64,000 nucleotides of DNA from Candidatus Bathyarchaeota archaeon (lineage in GTDB: Archaea; Thermoproteota; Bathyarchaeia; 40CM-2-53-6). Positions 1 through 10,295 of this stretch are shown piece after piece. The notes beneath the pieces were generated by a model, which saw only the letters and a program-made list of their open reading frames with translations, made no database searches and was not told the origin of the DNA. The stretch's first letter is position 1. Every line of letters starts with the position of its first letter. The DNA is taken from the NCBI GenBank assembly GCA_963783645.1, contig CAWAOH010000016.1:11782-75781 (forward strand), written 5' to 3'. Both the position numbers and the translations under genes were made by a program.

Positions 1-820
1 CTGTCATGTGAGCCGGTAGAGAGCCTGGCGGATCGCCGTTCCATGATCCTTTATCCATAAGTTCCCACGTGCCGAGGATTGGTTTACCGTTGTTAGGACC
101 ATTGGCGGTGTTGTATAGATCGGGCACTCCCAAGTTGTGAGCGAACTCAACACACCAAACACCATTTGGCACATTAGGTGGGTCCTCGAGTTCTGGTACA
201 ACGTTGAATTTCGTGAGAATTGTAGAGTTGGTCTTAACGGCTGCTCCTAGGTATGTTACTGACCAGACATCATCTTTCATTTGACTAGTTTCTTGACCTT
301 TTCCGGAATGTAGGAAGACGAAATAATCGAAATTGTTGAAGTCAACATCTTTCTCTGCCAGAGGCACGGCATCTTCCGCAATATGCCATGATTGGTTTAC
401 TCCACTGCAATCAGGGTCATTGATGCCTTTGCAGTCCCTTCCATAATGAGCTTCAGGATACGGAAGCTTGTACCATCCGTGAACGTCGCCTTGAATGGTC
501 AATTTGCCGTACGATATTTCATGGTAGTACGCTGGCACAGTCCCAAACCAATCCTTCCTTACCTGGGCGATACTCAGCGTGTAGTTGACGTCAGAAAACG
601 CCACAGCGATTACTAGAACCCGTATAACGCCTGAAACGGGAACGAACGTGGGTGCGTAGCCAATTGTGGGAAGTGGCATTGAAGGTGTTGCGAGAGGGAG
701 TAGCGAACGAGCTGCCATCGGACGAATCGATTGCGAGCTGACATTTGATGCCACGCTAGATGCAGACAAGACTGAGAGTAGACACACTAAGAGGGCTCTT
801 TCCCGTAGCGTTAAGCGCAT
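1..820 (-). CDS. Secreted M6 (InhA-like) metalloprotease homologue, N-terminal part (runs off left edge); zinc motif degenerate (VEFAH instead of HExxH)
   Basis: My own minus-strand translation: ATG at 820-818, open to position 1. It is absent from the ORF track because there is no stop in the window. N-terminus MRLTLRERALLVCLLSVLSASSVAS looks like a signal peptide. RVLVIAVAFSD and GVWCVEFAHNLGVPDLYN resemble M6 peptidase blocks. Confidence 0.6.
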   Translation of the reverse strand, partial: MRLTLRERALLVCLLSVLSASSVASNVSSQSIRPMAARSLLPLATPSMPLPTIGYAPTFVPVSGVIRVLVIAVAFSDVNYTLSIAQVRKDWFGTVPAYYHEISYGKLTIQGDVHGWYKLPYPEAHYGRDCKGINDPDCSGVNQSWHIAEDAVPLAEKDVDFNNFDYFVFLHSGKGQETSQMKDDVWSVTYLGAAVKTNSTILTKFNVVPELEDPPNVPNGVWCVEFAHNLGVPDLYNTANGPNNGKPILGTWELMDKGSWNGDPPGSLPAHMT

Positions 821-1083
821 GTTCTCTTCAACGGTTCGCCAACTCGTAAGTTTCCTAAAGCGTTTGGATGCGTTGAAGAGAGGGCTCGACAATTTACGAT
901 GGCTAGGATTAACAATTATGGCGCAACGGAAACTACCCGTTGCCTAGAGACTAGGCAGAACTACATTTTGTAGTCACAGCAATATTGGAATAATCTACCC
1001 GTCTATTACTGGATGCATCGACTCTAGAAGCAACAGATAAATCGAGCTACATAGCGTAGTCGTCGAAACTGAGGCTGTCTGAT

Positions 1084-2178
1084 ATGAAACGCAGGTCACG
1101 ACGAAAGAACAGTAACAAGATGATTGCTATCCTTGTCCTAGTGATCATTATCCTAGGATCAGTCGCACTATACTACAGCCCACTGCTTGACGGAATGCGC
1201 GCCCGGAAGCTCGACCCGGCCGATATATATGCAAACTCAAGCCAAAGCGTGGTTACAGTGCTCGGAGCGAATAGTAATTCGAGCGTACTTGGAACAGGTT
1301 TTGTGATCACGTATAATCATTCATACTATATCATAACAAACTTTCACATGGTAGATGGCTACGTGAATTCAACTGTAACTTTTTCTGACGGCAACGGATA
1401 CCCAGCTCGAGTCGTCGGATCGGACGGCTACAGCGACCTCGCAATAGTATCAGTCAACTCGCCACTATCCGAGCTTCATCCACTTCAATTAGGCTCATCG
1501 TCAAATCTCAAAGTCGGCGAAACGGTTGTCGCTATCGGAAACCCCTACGGCTTGTCTAACACAGTCACGGTAGGGATCGTGAGTCATACCGGAAGGTCAC
1601 TCCAGACAGGACTATCAGGCAATTTTGCAATAGCGGATACGATTCAATTTAGTGCTCCCATCAACCCAGGTAACTCTGGGGGACCTCTGATTAATTCTGA
1701 CGGGATGGTCGTAGGAATAACTACCGCCTCAGTCACTAACTCTCAGGGACTCGGATTTGCCATTCCTTCCGATACAATTTCGCGTGAATTACCCTCCCTC
1801 GTAACGAACGGGGGGTACAACAAACACCCGTACTTCGGCGTGCAGGTTGTGGACATGAATTACGGACTGTCTCAGGCAATGCAAACCAACGTCACGTCGG
1901 GAGTATTGATAGAGCACGTTCTTCCAGACGGACCAGCAAGCCAAGCAGGCTTCAGGGGGGGCACCCAGCAAGTCACCATTGAGCAGCAAGATTACATCAT
2001 AGGCGGCGACATCATAACGACAATCAACGGCCACAAGATCGTAAACTATGATTCGTTCTCCGCATACTTGGAGGAAAATGCAACTTCAGGCCAAACGATC
2101 CAAGTTGGAATAATCAGAGCAGGTAACTATATGATACTAACAGTGCAGTTGGGTACACGGCCACCAATCCTAGGATGA
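1084..2178 (+). CDS. htrA: HtrA/DegP-family serine protease with PDZ domain and N-terminal membrane anchor
   Basis: 364-aa ORF. TM helix MIAILVLVIIILGSVALYY, trypsin-like blocks NFHMVDG, DLAIV and GNSGGPL, and a PDZ-like C-terminal part. Confidence 0.9.
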   Translation: MKRRSRRKNSNKMIAILVLVIIILGSVALYYSPLLDGMRARKLDPADIYANSSQSVVTVLGANSNSSVLGTGFVITYNHSYYIITNFHMVDGYVNSTVTFSDGNGYPARVVGSDGYSDLAIVSVNSPLSELHPLQLGSSSNLKVGETVVAIGNPYGLSNTVTVGIVSHTGRSLQTGLSGNFAIADTIQFSAPINPGNSGGPLINSDGMVVGITTASVTNSQGLGFAIPSDTISRELPSLVTNGGYNKHPYFGVQVVDMNYGLSQAMQTNVTSGVLIEHVLPDGPASQAGFRGGTQQVTIEQQDYIIGGDIITTINGHKIVNYDSFSAYLEENATSGQTIQVGIIRAGNYMILTVQLGTRPPILG

Positions 2179-2554
2179 AACTCTCACAAAATGCGGAATC
2201 AGTCAAGTGCTTGTACTAGGGTTCTTCCTGGTAAATCCCCGAGCAAGGTCGGTTGAGGATTCATCCATTACGTTAGGCCATGATGGGTGATGTTAGATCT
2301 CAAACAGATATTCCATTAAGATCGCTACAACGCTCAAAATCACAGACGCCAGGAACGTGCCCTTCATATCAAGAATGAACTGCTTTAGTGATTGGAACAT
2401 TGGCTCGGTATGGACAACATAAGACATAACCTATCTTGACTTGGTGAATCAAATAATCCATCATTTATTTCGCGAGAGCGAACACGTTCAGCTTCAATCA
2501 TCTAGCTTAGGACTTACGTTAAGTAGTTGACCAGAGCTCATTGATGGGGCAGAG

Positions 2555-3361
2555 TTGAACTTGCAGCAAGGTCTAAAAATCGGTCTCATGCAACTCGCAG
2601 CGACAGACTCCAAAAAAGAAAATCTGGAACGTGTCGTATCTGCGACCGAGGTGTCAGAGACCTCAGATCTGCTTGTGTTCCCAGAATACTGTATGGGTTA
2701 CCCGAGCGAAGGAATGTCACGTCGATATTTGGAAGATCTTGCTGAGCCTTTGAACGGAGACTTCGTCAGCAAGGTTGCCGAGAAGAGTAAAGAGAAGCAG
2801 ATTGGCGTTGTCCTTCCCATCTACGAACGATTCAACAGGGACGTGTTTAACACGGCTGTAATCATAGATCGTGGAGAGATTAAGGGTGGCTATCGTAAGA
2901 TTCACCTGTTCGATGCTTTCGGATATAGAGAGTCCGATTTGTTCAAGGCAGGGACTGATCCGGTTCTCTTCAGAGTTCGAGATCTGGCGTTCGGAGTAGT
3001 CATCTGCTACGACCTGAGATTCCCTGAACTAGTAAAGAGCGAAGTAATGTCAGGAGCGCGAGTGGTTGTTGTGCCAGCAGCTTGGTTCCGTGGACCTCTG
3101 AAAGAGGAACAGTGGCAGACTCTTCTAATGGCACGGGCACAGGAGAATACGAGCTATGTGATTGGGGTTGGTAATGCGAACGAAGCCTTCGTGGGGAGGA
3201 GCATGGTCGTGGATCCGTTGGGAGTCAAAGTTTTGGATCTAGGATCTGGAGACCGAGTTGGGTTCTATGAAATTCATGATAATCAAGTAACTGAGGCTCG
3301 GGAGAAGTTGCCGGTGCTCCAGCAATCGACTTCGCTTAATATTCGCTGCCAACAGCTCTAG
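2555..3361 (+). CDS. Carbon-nitrogen hydrolase (nitrilase superfamily)
   Basis: 268-aa ORF. Glu-Lys-Cys triad context: VFPEY, RKIHLFD, VVICYDLRFPE. Confidence 0.8.
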   Translation: MNLQQGLKIGLMQLAATDSKKENLERVVSATEVSETSDLLVFPEYCMGYPSEGMSRRYLEDLAEPLNGDFVSKVAEKSKEKQIGVVLPIYERFNRDVFNTAVIIDRGEIKGGYRKIHLFDAFGYRESDLFKAGTDPVLFRVRDLAFGVVICYDLRFPELVKSEVMSGARVVVVPAAWFRGPLKEEQWQTLLMARAQENTSYVIGVGNANEAFVGRSMVVDPLGVKVLDLGSGDRVGFYEIHDNQVTEAREKLPVLQQSTSLNIRCQQL

Positions 3362-3420
3362 AACGTCTGCTTGAATCTTCCGAATCCTGTTCCGCAGCCA
3401 CACAGAAGTGTTAAGGGCTG

Positions 3421-4404
3421 TCAGAGAATTTTGCGGATCTCTTCCATGTTTCGGAGGAAGCTTTCCTCGTTTTGTGTGTCTGGCGAGAACGTTGGGTCCA
3501 GAATCAGTTCATCGGGTCCATAAGTTTTGACTGAAGCTATATCGTCCTTGATCTGGGCGAGTGTTCCAGAGAAGAATGCCCGATCCTTGCCTTGTGGTTG
3601 TGGAGTAATGGCAAGGTTGTAACGAACGATAACTTTCACATCAGCCGGGTTGCGGCCCGCATCCTTCACCATGTTCTTGAGTTGAGTTGATGCTGACTTG
3701 AGTTGGTCAACAGTCATGCCGACCGGCATCCATCCGTCAGCCAACCTGGCTGTTCGTTTCATTGCGCCGGGGGCGAATGCGGCTAGATAGATTGGAGGGT
3801 GAGGTTTCTGTACTGGTTTTGGTTGGATTATGGATCTCGGGAGTTGGAAGTATTTGCCATGAAACTCTGCGGGATCAGTGGTCCATATCGCTTTGAGCAC
3901 TCCAATGAACTCGTCTGCGCGCTTGCCACGTGTCTTCATAGACGCTCCCGTAGCATCATGCTCATCCTTTGACCAACCGAGACCAAACCCGACTCTTAGT
4001 CTGCCACCAGATAAGACGTCCAAGGTGGTTAGTCGACGTGCTAAGAGAACCGGGTTGTAGAACGGGATGTCTAGCACGCTTGTACCTAACGTGACGCGGC
4101 TAGTTTGCGCAGCCACGAAGGTCAGCGTTTCTAAAGGATCGAAAACCCGTTTGTATGGTTCAGGCAACGGACCACCAAAGTATGATGTCTGAGGATTAGT
4201 CGGGTACAGTAATCGTTCTGTGACCCACAAACTATCGTACTTCAGCTCCTCAGCCCTTTTTGCAGCCCTAACAATCGAATGAACGTCAGCGGCAGGACCT
4301 ATCTGGGGAAGAAAGAAACCAATTCGCATAGGCATTCTGTGACCAGCACACGTTACTGGACTATAAATCGCTTGACTTCGACCCGCGGATAAGTAAATAG
4401 CCAT
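3421..4404 (-). CDS. LLM-class (luciferase-like) F420-dependent oxidoreductase
   Basis: 327-aa ORF. MRIGFFLPQ start region, LDVLSGGRLRVGFGLGW and other typical LLM blocks. The true start is probably the internal MPMRIG (about 4335). Confidence 0.75.
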   Translation of the reverse strand: MAIYLSAGRSQAIYSPVTCAGHRMPMRIGFFLPQIGPAADVHSIVRAAKRAEELKYDSLWVTERLLYPTNPQTSYFGGPLPEPYKRVFDPLETLTFVAAQTSRVTLGTSVLDIPFYNPVLLARRLTTLDVLSGGRLRVGFGLGWSKDEHDATGASMKTRGKRADEFIGVLKAIWTTDPAEFHGKYFQLPRSIIQPKPVQKPHPPIYLAAFAPGAMKRTARLADGWMPVGMTVDQLKSASTQLKNMVKDAGRNPADVKVIVRYNLAITPQPQGKDRAFFSGTLAQIKDDIASVKTYGPDELILDPTFSPDTQNEESFLRNMEEIRKIL

Positions 4405-4514
4405 AAATTGGTAACTTGTGCATTAGGCTTCTTGGCGACCCATGTTGGAGTGGACAGCGCTAACCTACCTCTGTGTGACAATCCTGGCGTTGATGATCTC
4501 CGTCAAAGCAATAC

Positions 4515-5315
4515 ATGAATTCGGAGATAGCCTCACTCGTGAAGTGGAACGTTGCGGGATTGTGTCCAACGGATTTGAAGAGTCTGAATTGTTGGCTTAA
4601 GTCCAAGTTTCAAGTGGAATTGCTTGAGAAAGAGTCACTAATCTTAACTCGTATCGACATCCAAGGTCAACTGATTGACGTGAAAACAGAATCTGCATCC
4701 CTTCTCAAGCAAGGGTTATGGGTTGAATATGCCAGTCTGGCGTGGATGGTTGTTGAAGGGATTGTCGCTCTCTATTCAGGCATAGCAGCGTGGAGCCTAG
4801 CGTTACTCGCCTTCGGTGGCGACAGTGTGGTCGAGCTGCTTTCATCCGTTGCGGTTGTTAGGCATTTGCGACTCATGTCGAACGGTCCAGCGTCTGAGCT
4901 CCACGTGGATAGTGAACGAACTGAATGGGTGACAGCCTTACTCCTCGTCTCTCTTCTCCCAGTTATTGGACTCGGCGCGGTTTATTCCATCGTGAGCGGT
5001 GTTCGACCTGAATCATCGCCTTTAGGAATCATCGTAGCATTTGCGGCAGTTCTTATTATGCCGATTCTCTGGTCCCAGAAGAGACGTATCGGTAGGGCGT
5101 CCGGCTGCCTGCCTCTGATAATAGACGCTACCGAATCTGCAACATGTTTTCTCATGTCGATTGCATTGTTATTGGGTCTAGTCATCAACTACCTCCTGAA
5201 ACTGTTTTGGGCTGATTATGTCGCGAGTTTGATTATTCTGATATTTGTGGCAAGAGAAGCGATGGAGTCAATTCGTGAGGTAAAAGCCAAGCGGGGCCAA
5301 ACACTGGAGGCGTAA
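4515..5315 (+). CDS. Multi-pass membrane protein, weak resemblance to cation-transporter family
   Basis: 266-aa ORF with about 5 hydrophobic helices and an FGGDSVVELLSS motif. The N-terminal ~70 aa are non-membrane, and the start is uncertain. Confidence 0.4.
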   Translation: MNSEIASLVKWNVAGLCPTDLKSLNCWLKSKFQVELLEKESLILTRIDIQGQLIDVKTESASLLKQGLWVEYASLAWMVVEGIVALYSGIAAWSLALLAFGGDSVVELLSSVAVVRHLRLMSNGPASELHVDSERTEWVTALLLVSLLPVIGLGAVYSIVSGVRPESSPLGIIVAFAAVLIMPILWSQKRRIGRASGCLPLIIDATESATCFLMSIALLLGLVINYLLKLFWADYVASLIILIFVAREAMESIREVKAKRGQTLEA

Positions 5316-5588
5316 CAGAATTTACGGATCAAGCTGCAAAGGTTCGGGTAGACACTTATCCAATAGCGTGATCGAGATCCGATTTGCTATCGTGGTATTC
5401 AATGGAATAAACAACAGGCGAACATTCCGTATGTAGTAACAATCACCTTCTCACAAGATGGCTACTACTATGCAACAGTTGGAGCCACAATTCAGCAACT
5501 AGGAACGCTTAGACCTTCGTCAACGAGTGAGAATTGTACCTTGGTCTTAAATTCGCCCTAAATTCACCCATGCTCGGTAGGGTGAACC

Positions 5589-7272
5589 GTGCAGAGCACG
5601 ACGATGCGAGATAACCGTTCGCCCTCCATTGTTCAGAGACTTGGGCTCGGATTCGATAGGCTTTCTTCAAGACCGATCGTCACGAGAAGTATGTATTCGA
5701 TAGCCATCGCATTCTTCCTCGTGATCATTGTCACACCCGCTATCGCTGGGATTCTTGTTCAGTTGTTGACCTTACCCTCCCTGGCGTTAAGTGCTCCTGT
5801 CCTATCGCGGATGAGTGATGCAGTTTCTTGGTCATTCATAATTGGTCTGATCGTATCTTCACTTGACATACTCGCAGGGATACCTCTAGCGTGGCTAATC
5901 GTTAGAAAACGCGGTCGATGGACGACTTTGCTTGATAGTTTGGCAGATATTCCCTTCGTGATTCCTACTGTCGCGCTTGGATTTTCCATCCTTGAATTCT
6001 GGAGCAGCTCATCTGGCATTTCATCAATTATCGGCGTTGGAAGTCTAATTTCTCCTGGAAGTCTTCTTATCATGTTACTTCACTTCGCCTTTTCATATCC
6101 TGTAATCGTGCCGCATAATGGTCGGTGAGTTTCTCAACTATAGAGAAACCTACGAAGTGGCCGCTCGAACGCTTGGAGCGTCCGCGTTCACAGCAGTTCG
6201 AACTGTTACATTTCCGATCTTAAGACCTGGAATTTTGGCAGCCTTCCTTCTTGCACTCGCGCGATCTCTATCAGAAACAGGAGCGACGATAGTTGTTGCA
6301 GGTGCATTCGAGAATGGAACAGTGTTCATCAAGAACGCTCGAGATGCGGGCATAACAACCGCAGTCGTAGTTGCGAGCCTAGTGATGATAGTTCTTTCTC
6401 TCGTCGTTTTTGCTTTGATCAAAGTGATCTCGCCGAGGCTGAAGCTTGGGCCGATGAGAGTTTGGCCTGGTTTTGAGAAGAAGCTGAGCACTCATTCAGC
6501 TGAGAATTCGAGAGACTTCTTCAGCATACTCGTTTTCGTGATCTTCGTGCTTCTTCCCTGTCTCTTCATTGCATTCCCGGCAATACAGGCCGTTGGAAGT
6601 GGTACTGCAACTGAGGCTATCGCCGGGTCAGGGCCTTGGAAAGCATTCTGGTCGAGTATGCTCTTGTCATATGGCGTTGCAATTCTAGCCACCCTAGTTA
6701 ACATTGTATCCGGCTTGCCTGTCGCGGTGCTCATCGCTCGAAATCAGCTCAACTCGAAAGTCACGAAGATCGTTGACGCATTAGTTGACTTACCCATCAT
6801 AGTGCCCTCATTGGCCCTTGGAGTCTCGCTCAACTTTTTCTGGGGGAACATGGGAGCATTGCCAGAGTTCTGGGTTATAGTCTTAGCCCATACAACAATC
6901 ACGTACAGCTATTTTGTTCGTGCAATGTCCGCTTCAATCCAGGGAATACCTCCAGAGCTTGAGGAAAGTGCCAGAACGCTTGGCGCAATGCCTCTACGAA
7001 TCTTCAGAAAAATCACTCTTCCGCTCACAAAGTACTCTCTTCTCTCGGGTGCAGTCCTGGTGTTCACAAGAAGCGTCGATGAAACCGGCGCGACGTCGGC
7101 CGTAGCGAAGACTCTAAAAACTGCTCCAGTGTTGCTTGTCGATTGGATAAAAGGTACCGTGAACGTGACCGCTCCGGAACGAGCTCTTGGAGTCGGAATT
7201 CTAGTCTTAACTTCCTTTTTCGCACTAGTGATCCTTCGCCTCATCACTCTTCGTGGCACCAAGAAGGGATGA
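5589..7272 (+). CDS. Fused two-domain ABC transporter permease (FbpB/ThiP-like), frameshifted as assembled (+1 near 6111)
   Basis: ORFs 5589..6128 and 6118..7272 overlap. Dropping one C in GTGCCGCAT gives a continuous ...SYPVIVRIMVGEFLNYRETYEVAARTLGAS. Two EAA-type loops are present (AARTLGAS, SARTLGAM). Confidence 0.75.
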
Positions 7273-7275
7273 GAT

Positions 7276-8376
7276 ATGCCAACGGTCAGTTTCATGAATG
7301 TGTCTAAGTCCTTCGATGGAGTTTCCGCACTCGACCGTGTAACGTTCGATGTTGATGATGGAGAATATCTTTGCGTCTTGGGTCCAACCGGAAGCGGCAA
7401 GACGACGCTTCTTCGTCTGATAGCGGGATTACTCAAACCTAGCACGGGAACAATTTCGTTCGACGATGAACCTGTCAACGAGATGATTTCGCAGAACCGG
7501 AACGCTGCATATGTTCCTCAGCAATATGCGCTGTTTCCGCATCTCACTGTACTGGAGAATGTGGCGTTCGGACCCTTGGCAAGAGGAAGAACCGAAAGCG
7601 AAGCTCTCAGCATGGCGATGAAGTCATTGGAATTAGTCAGACTGGCCGGGCGTCCCACCGCTTTTCCAAAAGAGCTGAGCGGGGGAATGCAGCAACGAGT
7701 TGCTTTGGCACGTGGTCTAGCATCCGGAGCAAGACTGCTGCTTCTAGATGAACCCCTAGGCGCTTTGGACGCGAGATTGAGATTGGACCTTAGACACAAA
7801 CTGAGGCAGATTGTCAAGGAGACAGGATTAACAGCCATCCATGTCACGCATGACCGAGATGAAGCCATGAGCGTAGCTGATCGTATCATGATACTCCGGC
7901 GAGGTCGCATACAAGATTATGGAACCCCAAAGAGAGTGTACGATCGACCCACAGGAATTTTCGTTGCCAACTTGATAGGCGGTGCAGCATTTCTTGAGGG
8001 CGTAGTCGAAGCCACTAGCGGAGACTCATCGACTGTGCGATTGAGAGGGGGAGTCATTGTCAAGACGCCTTCGCATCTGCTTACCACAAATGAGCCGGTT
8101 ATCATCGGAGTGAGAAAGGAACGGACTCGTCTGGCTGACTATAATGCAGAAAACATAATCGAAGGAGATGTCCGTGAGACGAGATTCTTGGGCAATTCAC
8201 GTGAATACGTTGTACGTCTGGACAACGGAGACACGATGTATTCGCGGCAATTTCAAGAGGGCAAAAACGAGCGATTTCGGATTGGAGATAAAGTTACAGT
8301 CGGATTTGATCGATCGGATGTCCTCATCTTTGCGTATCCGCCTCAGGGGCTAGCAAGAGAACTGGAGATCGTGTAA
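7276..8376 (+). CDS. ABC transporter ATP-binding protein with C-terminal TOBE-like domain
   Basis: GPTGSGKTT, LSGGMQQRV, LLLDEP. Confidence 0.9.
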   Translation: MPTVSFMNVSKSFDGVSALDRVTFDVDDGEYLCVLGPTGSGKTTLLRLIAGLLKPSTGTISFDDEPVNEMISQNRNAAYVPQQYALFPHLTVLENVAFGPLARGRTESEALSMAMKSLELVRLAGRPTAFPKELSGGMQQRVALARGLASGARLLLLDEPLGALDARLRLDLRHKLRQIVKETGLTAIHVTHDRDEAMSVADRIMILRRGRIQDYGTPKRVYDRPTGIFVANLIGGAAFLEGVVEATSGDSSTVRLRGGVIVKTPSHLLTTNEPVIIGVRKERTRLADYNAENIIEGDVRETRFLGNSREYVVRLDNGDTMYSRQFQEGKNERFRIGDKVTVGFDRSDVLIFAYPPQGLARELEIV

Positions 8377-8377
8377 G

Positions 8378-9472
8378 TTGCCGACACTCGATGTAAGAGG
8401 TGTCTCGAAGGCTTACGGAAACATCAAAGCTCTAGATGATGTCTGGCTTCACATCGAGGACAAAGAATACGTTTGCATCGTGGGACCAAGTGGTTGTGGA
8501 AAAAGTACGCTCATAAAATGTGTCGCTGGAATCATTCAACCGACCGAAGGGGAGATACTTGTAGATGGTCATTCAGTTCTAAATGTTCCAATCGAAGATC
8601 GAAAAATAGGATACGTTTTTCAAGATATTGCACTTTTTCCTCATCTGAGCGTAAAACAAAACCTGTCGTACGGTTTAGCCGTGAGGAACGCGAGTGCGAA
8701 TACCGTAACGACCGTTACAAATGAGATGCTTGACCTTGTCAAAATGAAAGACAGATCTAAGTCGTATCCTAGAGAATTAAGCGGGGGAGCGCAACAAAAA
8801 GTAGCGGTAGGACGCGCAATTGAAAGTGGATCACACCTGTTTCTGTTGGATGAACCCCTCGGTGCTCTCGATGCACTCGTCCGTGCGGAATTGCGCTATG
8901 AGTTGCGAAGGTTAGCATCAGACTTGGGGCTCACTGTCATCCATGTAACCCATGACCAGGAGGAAGCCCTCTCAATAGCAGATCGAGTAGTCATAATGAA
9001 GGGCGGAAGAGTCGTAGAAGTCGGAAAACCTGCGGAGATCTACCACTCGCCTCAGAGTCTCTTCACGGAAAATTTCGTGGGTGAGACCAACTTACTGGAG
9101 GGAACAATCATGGAAATCGCTGAAACTTCGTGCAAAGTGAAAGTAGGAACACATATGATGAGCGTTCTTGGCAAGGGTAAGAAGGTCGGACAGAAGGTCG
9201 TTGTTGCTGTAAGGCCTGAATTCATAACACTCGGCTCGGCAGTTCCTAGTGAATGGGAATGTCGAATCAAAGAAGTGTCGTTCCTTGGCGGATTAACGCG
9301 GTATACTCTAGAGGACGATGGTGGGTTAGAAATTCTGGCACATCTCCCCTCTGGCGAAAGCCACTCTCTTCGAATTGGTGAACGCACAAACGCGTCATTT
9401 GGTGACGGAGAACATATGCTATTATTCGACTATCCCATAGAAGGGCTGGGAAAGGAGCTGGCCTTGGAATGA
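8378..9472 (+). CDS. Second ABC transporter ATP-binding protein with C-terminal TOBE-like domain
   Basis: [24 protein letters not shown]. It starts 1 nt after the previous stop. Confidence 0.9.
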   Translation: MPTLDVRGVSKAYGNIKALDDVWLHIEDKEYVCIVGPSGCGKSTLIKCVAGIIQPTEGEILVDGHSVLNVPIEDRKIGYVFQDIALFPHLSVKQNLSYGLAVRNASANTVTTVTNEMLDLVKMKDRSKSYPRELSGGAQQKVAVGRAIESGSHLFLLDEPLGALDALVRAELRYELRRLASDLGLTVIHVTHDQEEALSIADRVVIMKGGRVVEVGKPAEIYHSPQSLFTENFVGETNLLEGTIMEIAETSCKVKVGTHMMSVLGKGKKVGQKVVVAVRPEFITLGSAVPSEWECRIKEVSFLGGLTRYTLEDDGGLEILAHLPSGESHSLRIGERTNASFGDGEHMLLFDYPIEGLGKELALE

Positions 9473-9488
9473 GGGAGAGGTCTGCCTG

Positions 9489-10169
9489 ATGTCTCTGGAA
9501 AGTTGGTTATCGGCTAGACGAACTGTGAAGGCAATGACTCTTGTTGTTGAGCATGCGAAGATGACCACTTCAGCAGTCGAGCTGCTTTCTAAGTGTATAC
9601 AGAACGCGATCGACAATAAGACAGATGAGCTCCAAAGAAGTTTCAACTATTTAGAAGAAAAAGAGAGAGAAGCCGACTCGCTGCGAAGGAAGATCATCGA
9701 GGAGCTAGCTCTAGGAGAGCTCCCTGCCGACGAACGCGTAGGACTTATGAGACTGGGAAGACAAATTGACTGGATCACCGACTGGGCACATGAAGCAAGC
9801 CGAATTCTTGTTCTCTTCGATCTTTCTCAAATGCCGAAGCATACGAAGGATGTTGTACTGGAAATGTGCTCGGCAGTTACTGATTGCACGATTAAGGTGA
9901 CTGATTGCATTCAGAAATTAATGGATGGTAAATTGAATGAATCTCTAGAAGCTGCTGATGATGTCGAGAGGATCGAGGAGAAAGTCGACAAACTATACCA
10001 GAAAGCGCGCAGCAACCTGAAGGACATTCAGATAAACGGTATTCACGTCGGGTCAATTATCCTCTTGGCCCAATTTCTGGATGCGATAGAACATACTTCC
10101 GATCGCTGTGAGGACAGTTGCGATCAAGCTAGAGTAATGGCTGTTACTCTGTCAAAGAGAAAAGAATAG
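9489..10169 (+). CDS. DUF47/TIGR00153-like protein (PhoU-fold putative phosphate-transport regulator)
   Basis: 226-aa helical ORF. EKEREADSLRRKIIEEL and a C-terminal DAIEHTSDRCED pattern are typical of DUF47. Confidence 0.6.
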   Translation: MSLESWLSARRTVKAMTLVVEHAKMTTSAVELLSKCIQNAIDNKTDELQRSFNYLEEKEREADSLRRKIIEELALGELPADERVGLMRLGRQIDWITDWAHEASRILVLFDLSQMPKHTKDVVLEMCSAVTDCTIKVTDCIQKLMDGKLNESLEAADDVERIEEKVDKLYQKARSNLKDIQINGIHVGSIILLAQFLDAIEHTSDRCEDSCDQARVMAVTLSKRKE

Positions 10170-10295
10170 TGCCACGTTTCCGATGAGACCGATCATTATT
10201 CTAAATACCATTGTAATTTTCTTCGGAAGCAGCCGATAGTCGATCAATAATATTATTACCGCGTATTGTCGAGCGCCGGCTAAGGTGTCTGTGGG

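Noticed and set aside
666-947. 93-aa plus-strand ORF (and 392..616)
   Set aside because: Both are antisense to the much longer M6-like protease frame, which carries recognisable motifs and a signal peptide.
6909-7478. 189-aa minus-strand ORF and the many other antisense ORFs inside the ABC, amt, surface-protein, acs and EF-2 genes
   Set aside because: Each is fully embedded opposite a gene with strong family motifs. Their low-complexity, Arg/Ser-rich translations are typical of antisense frames.
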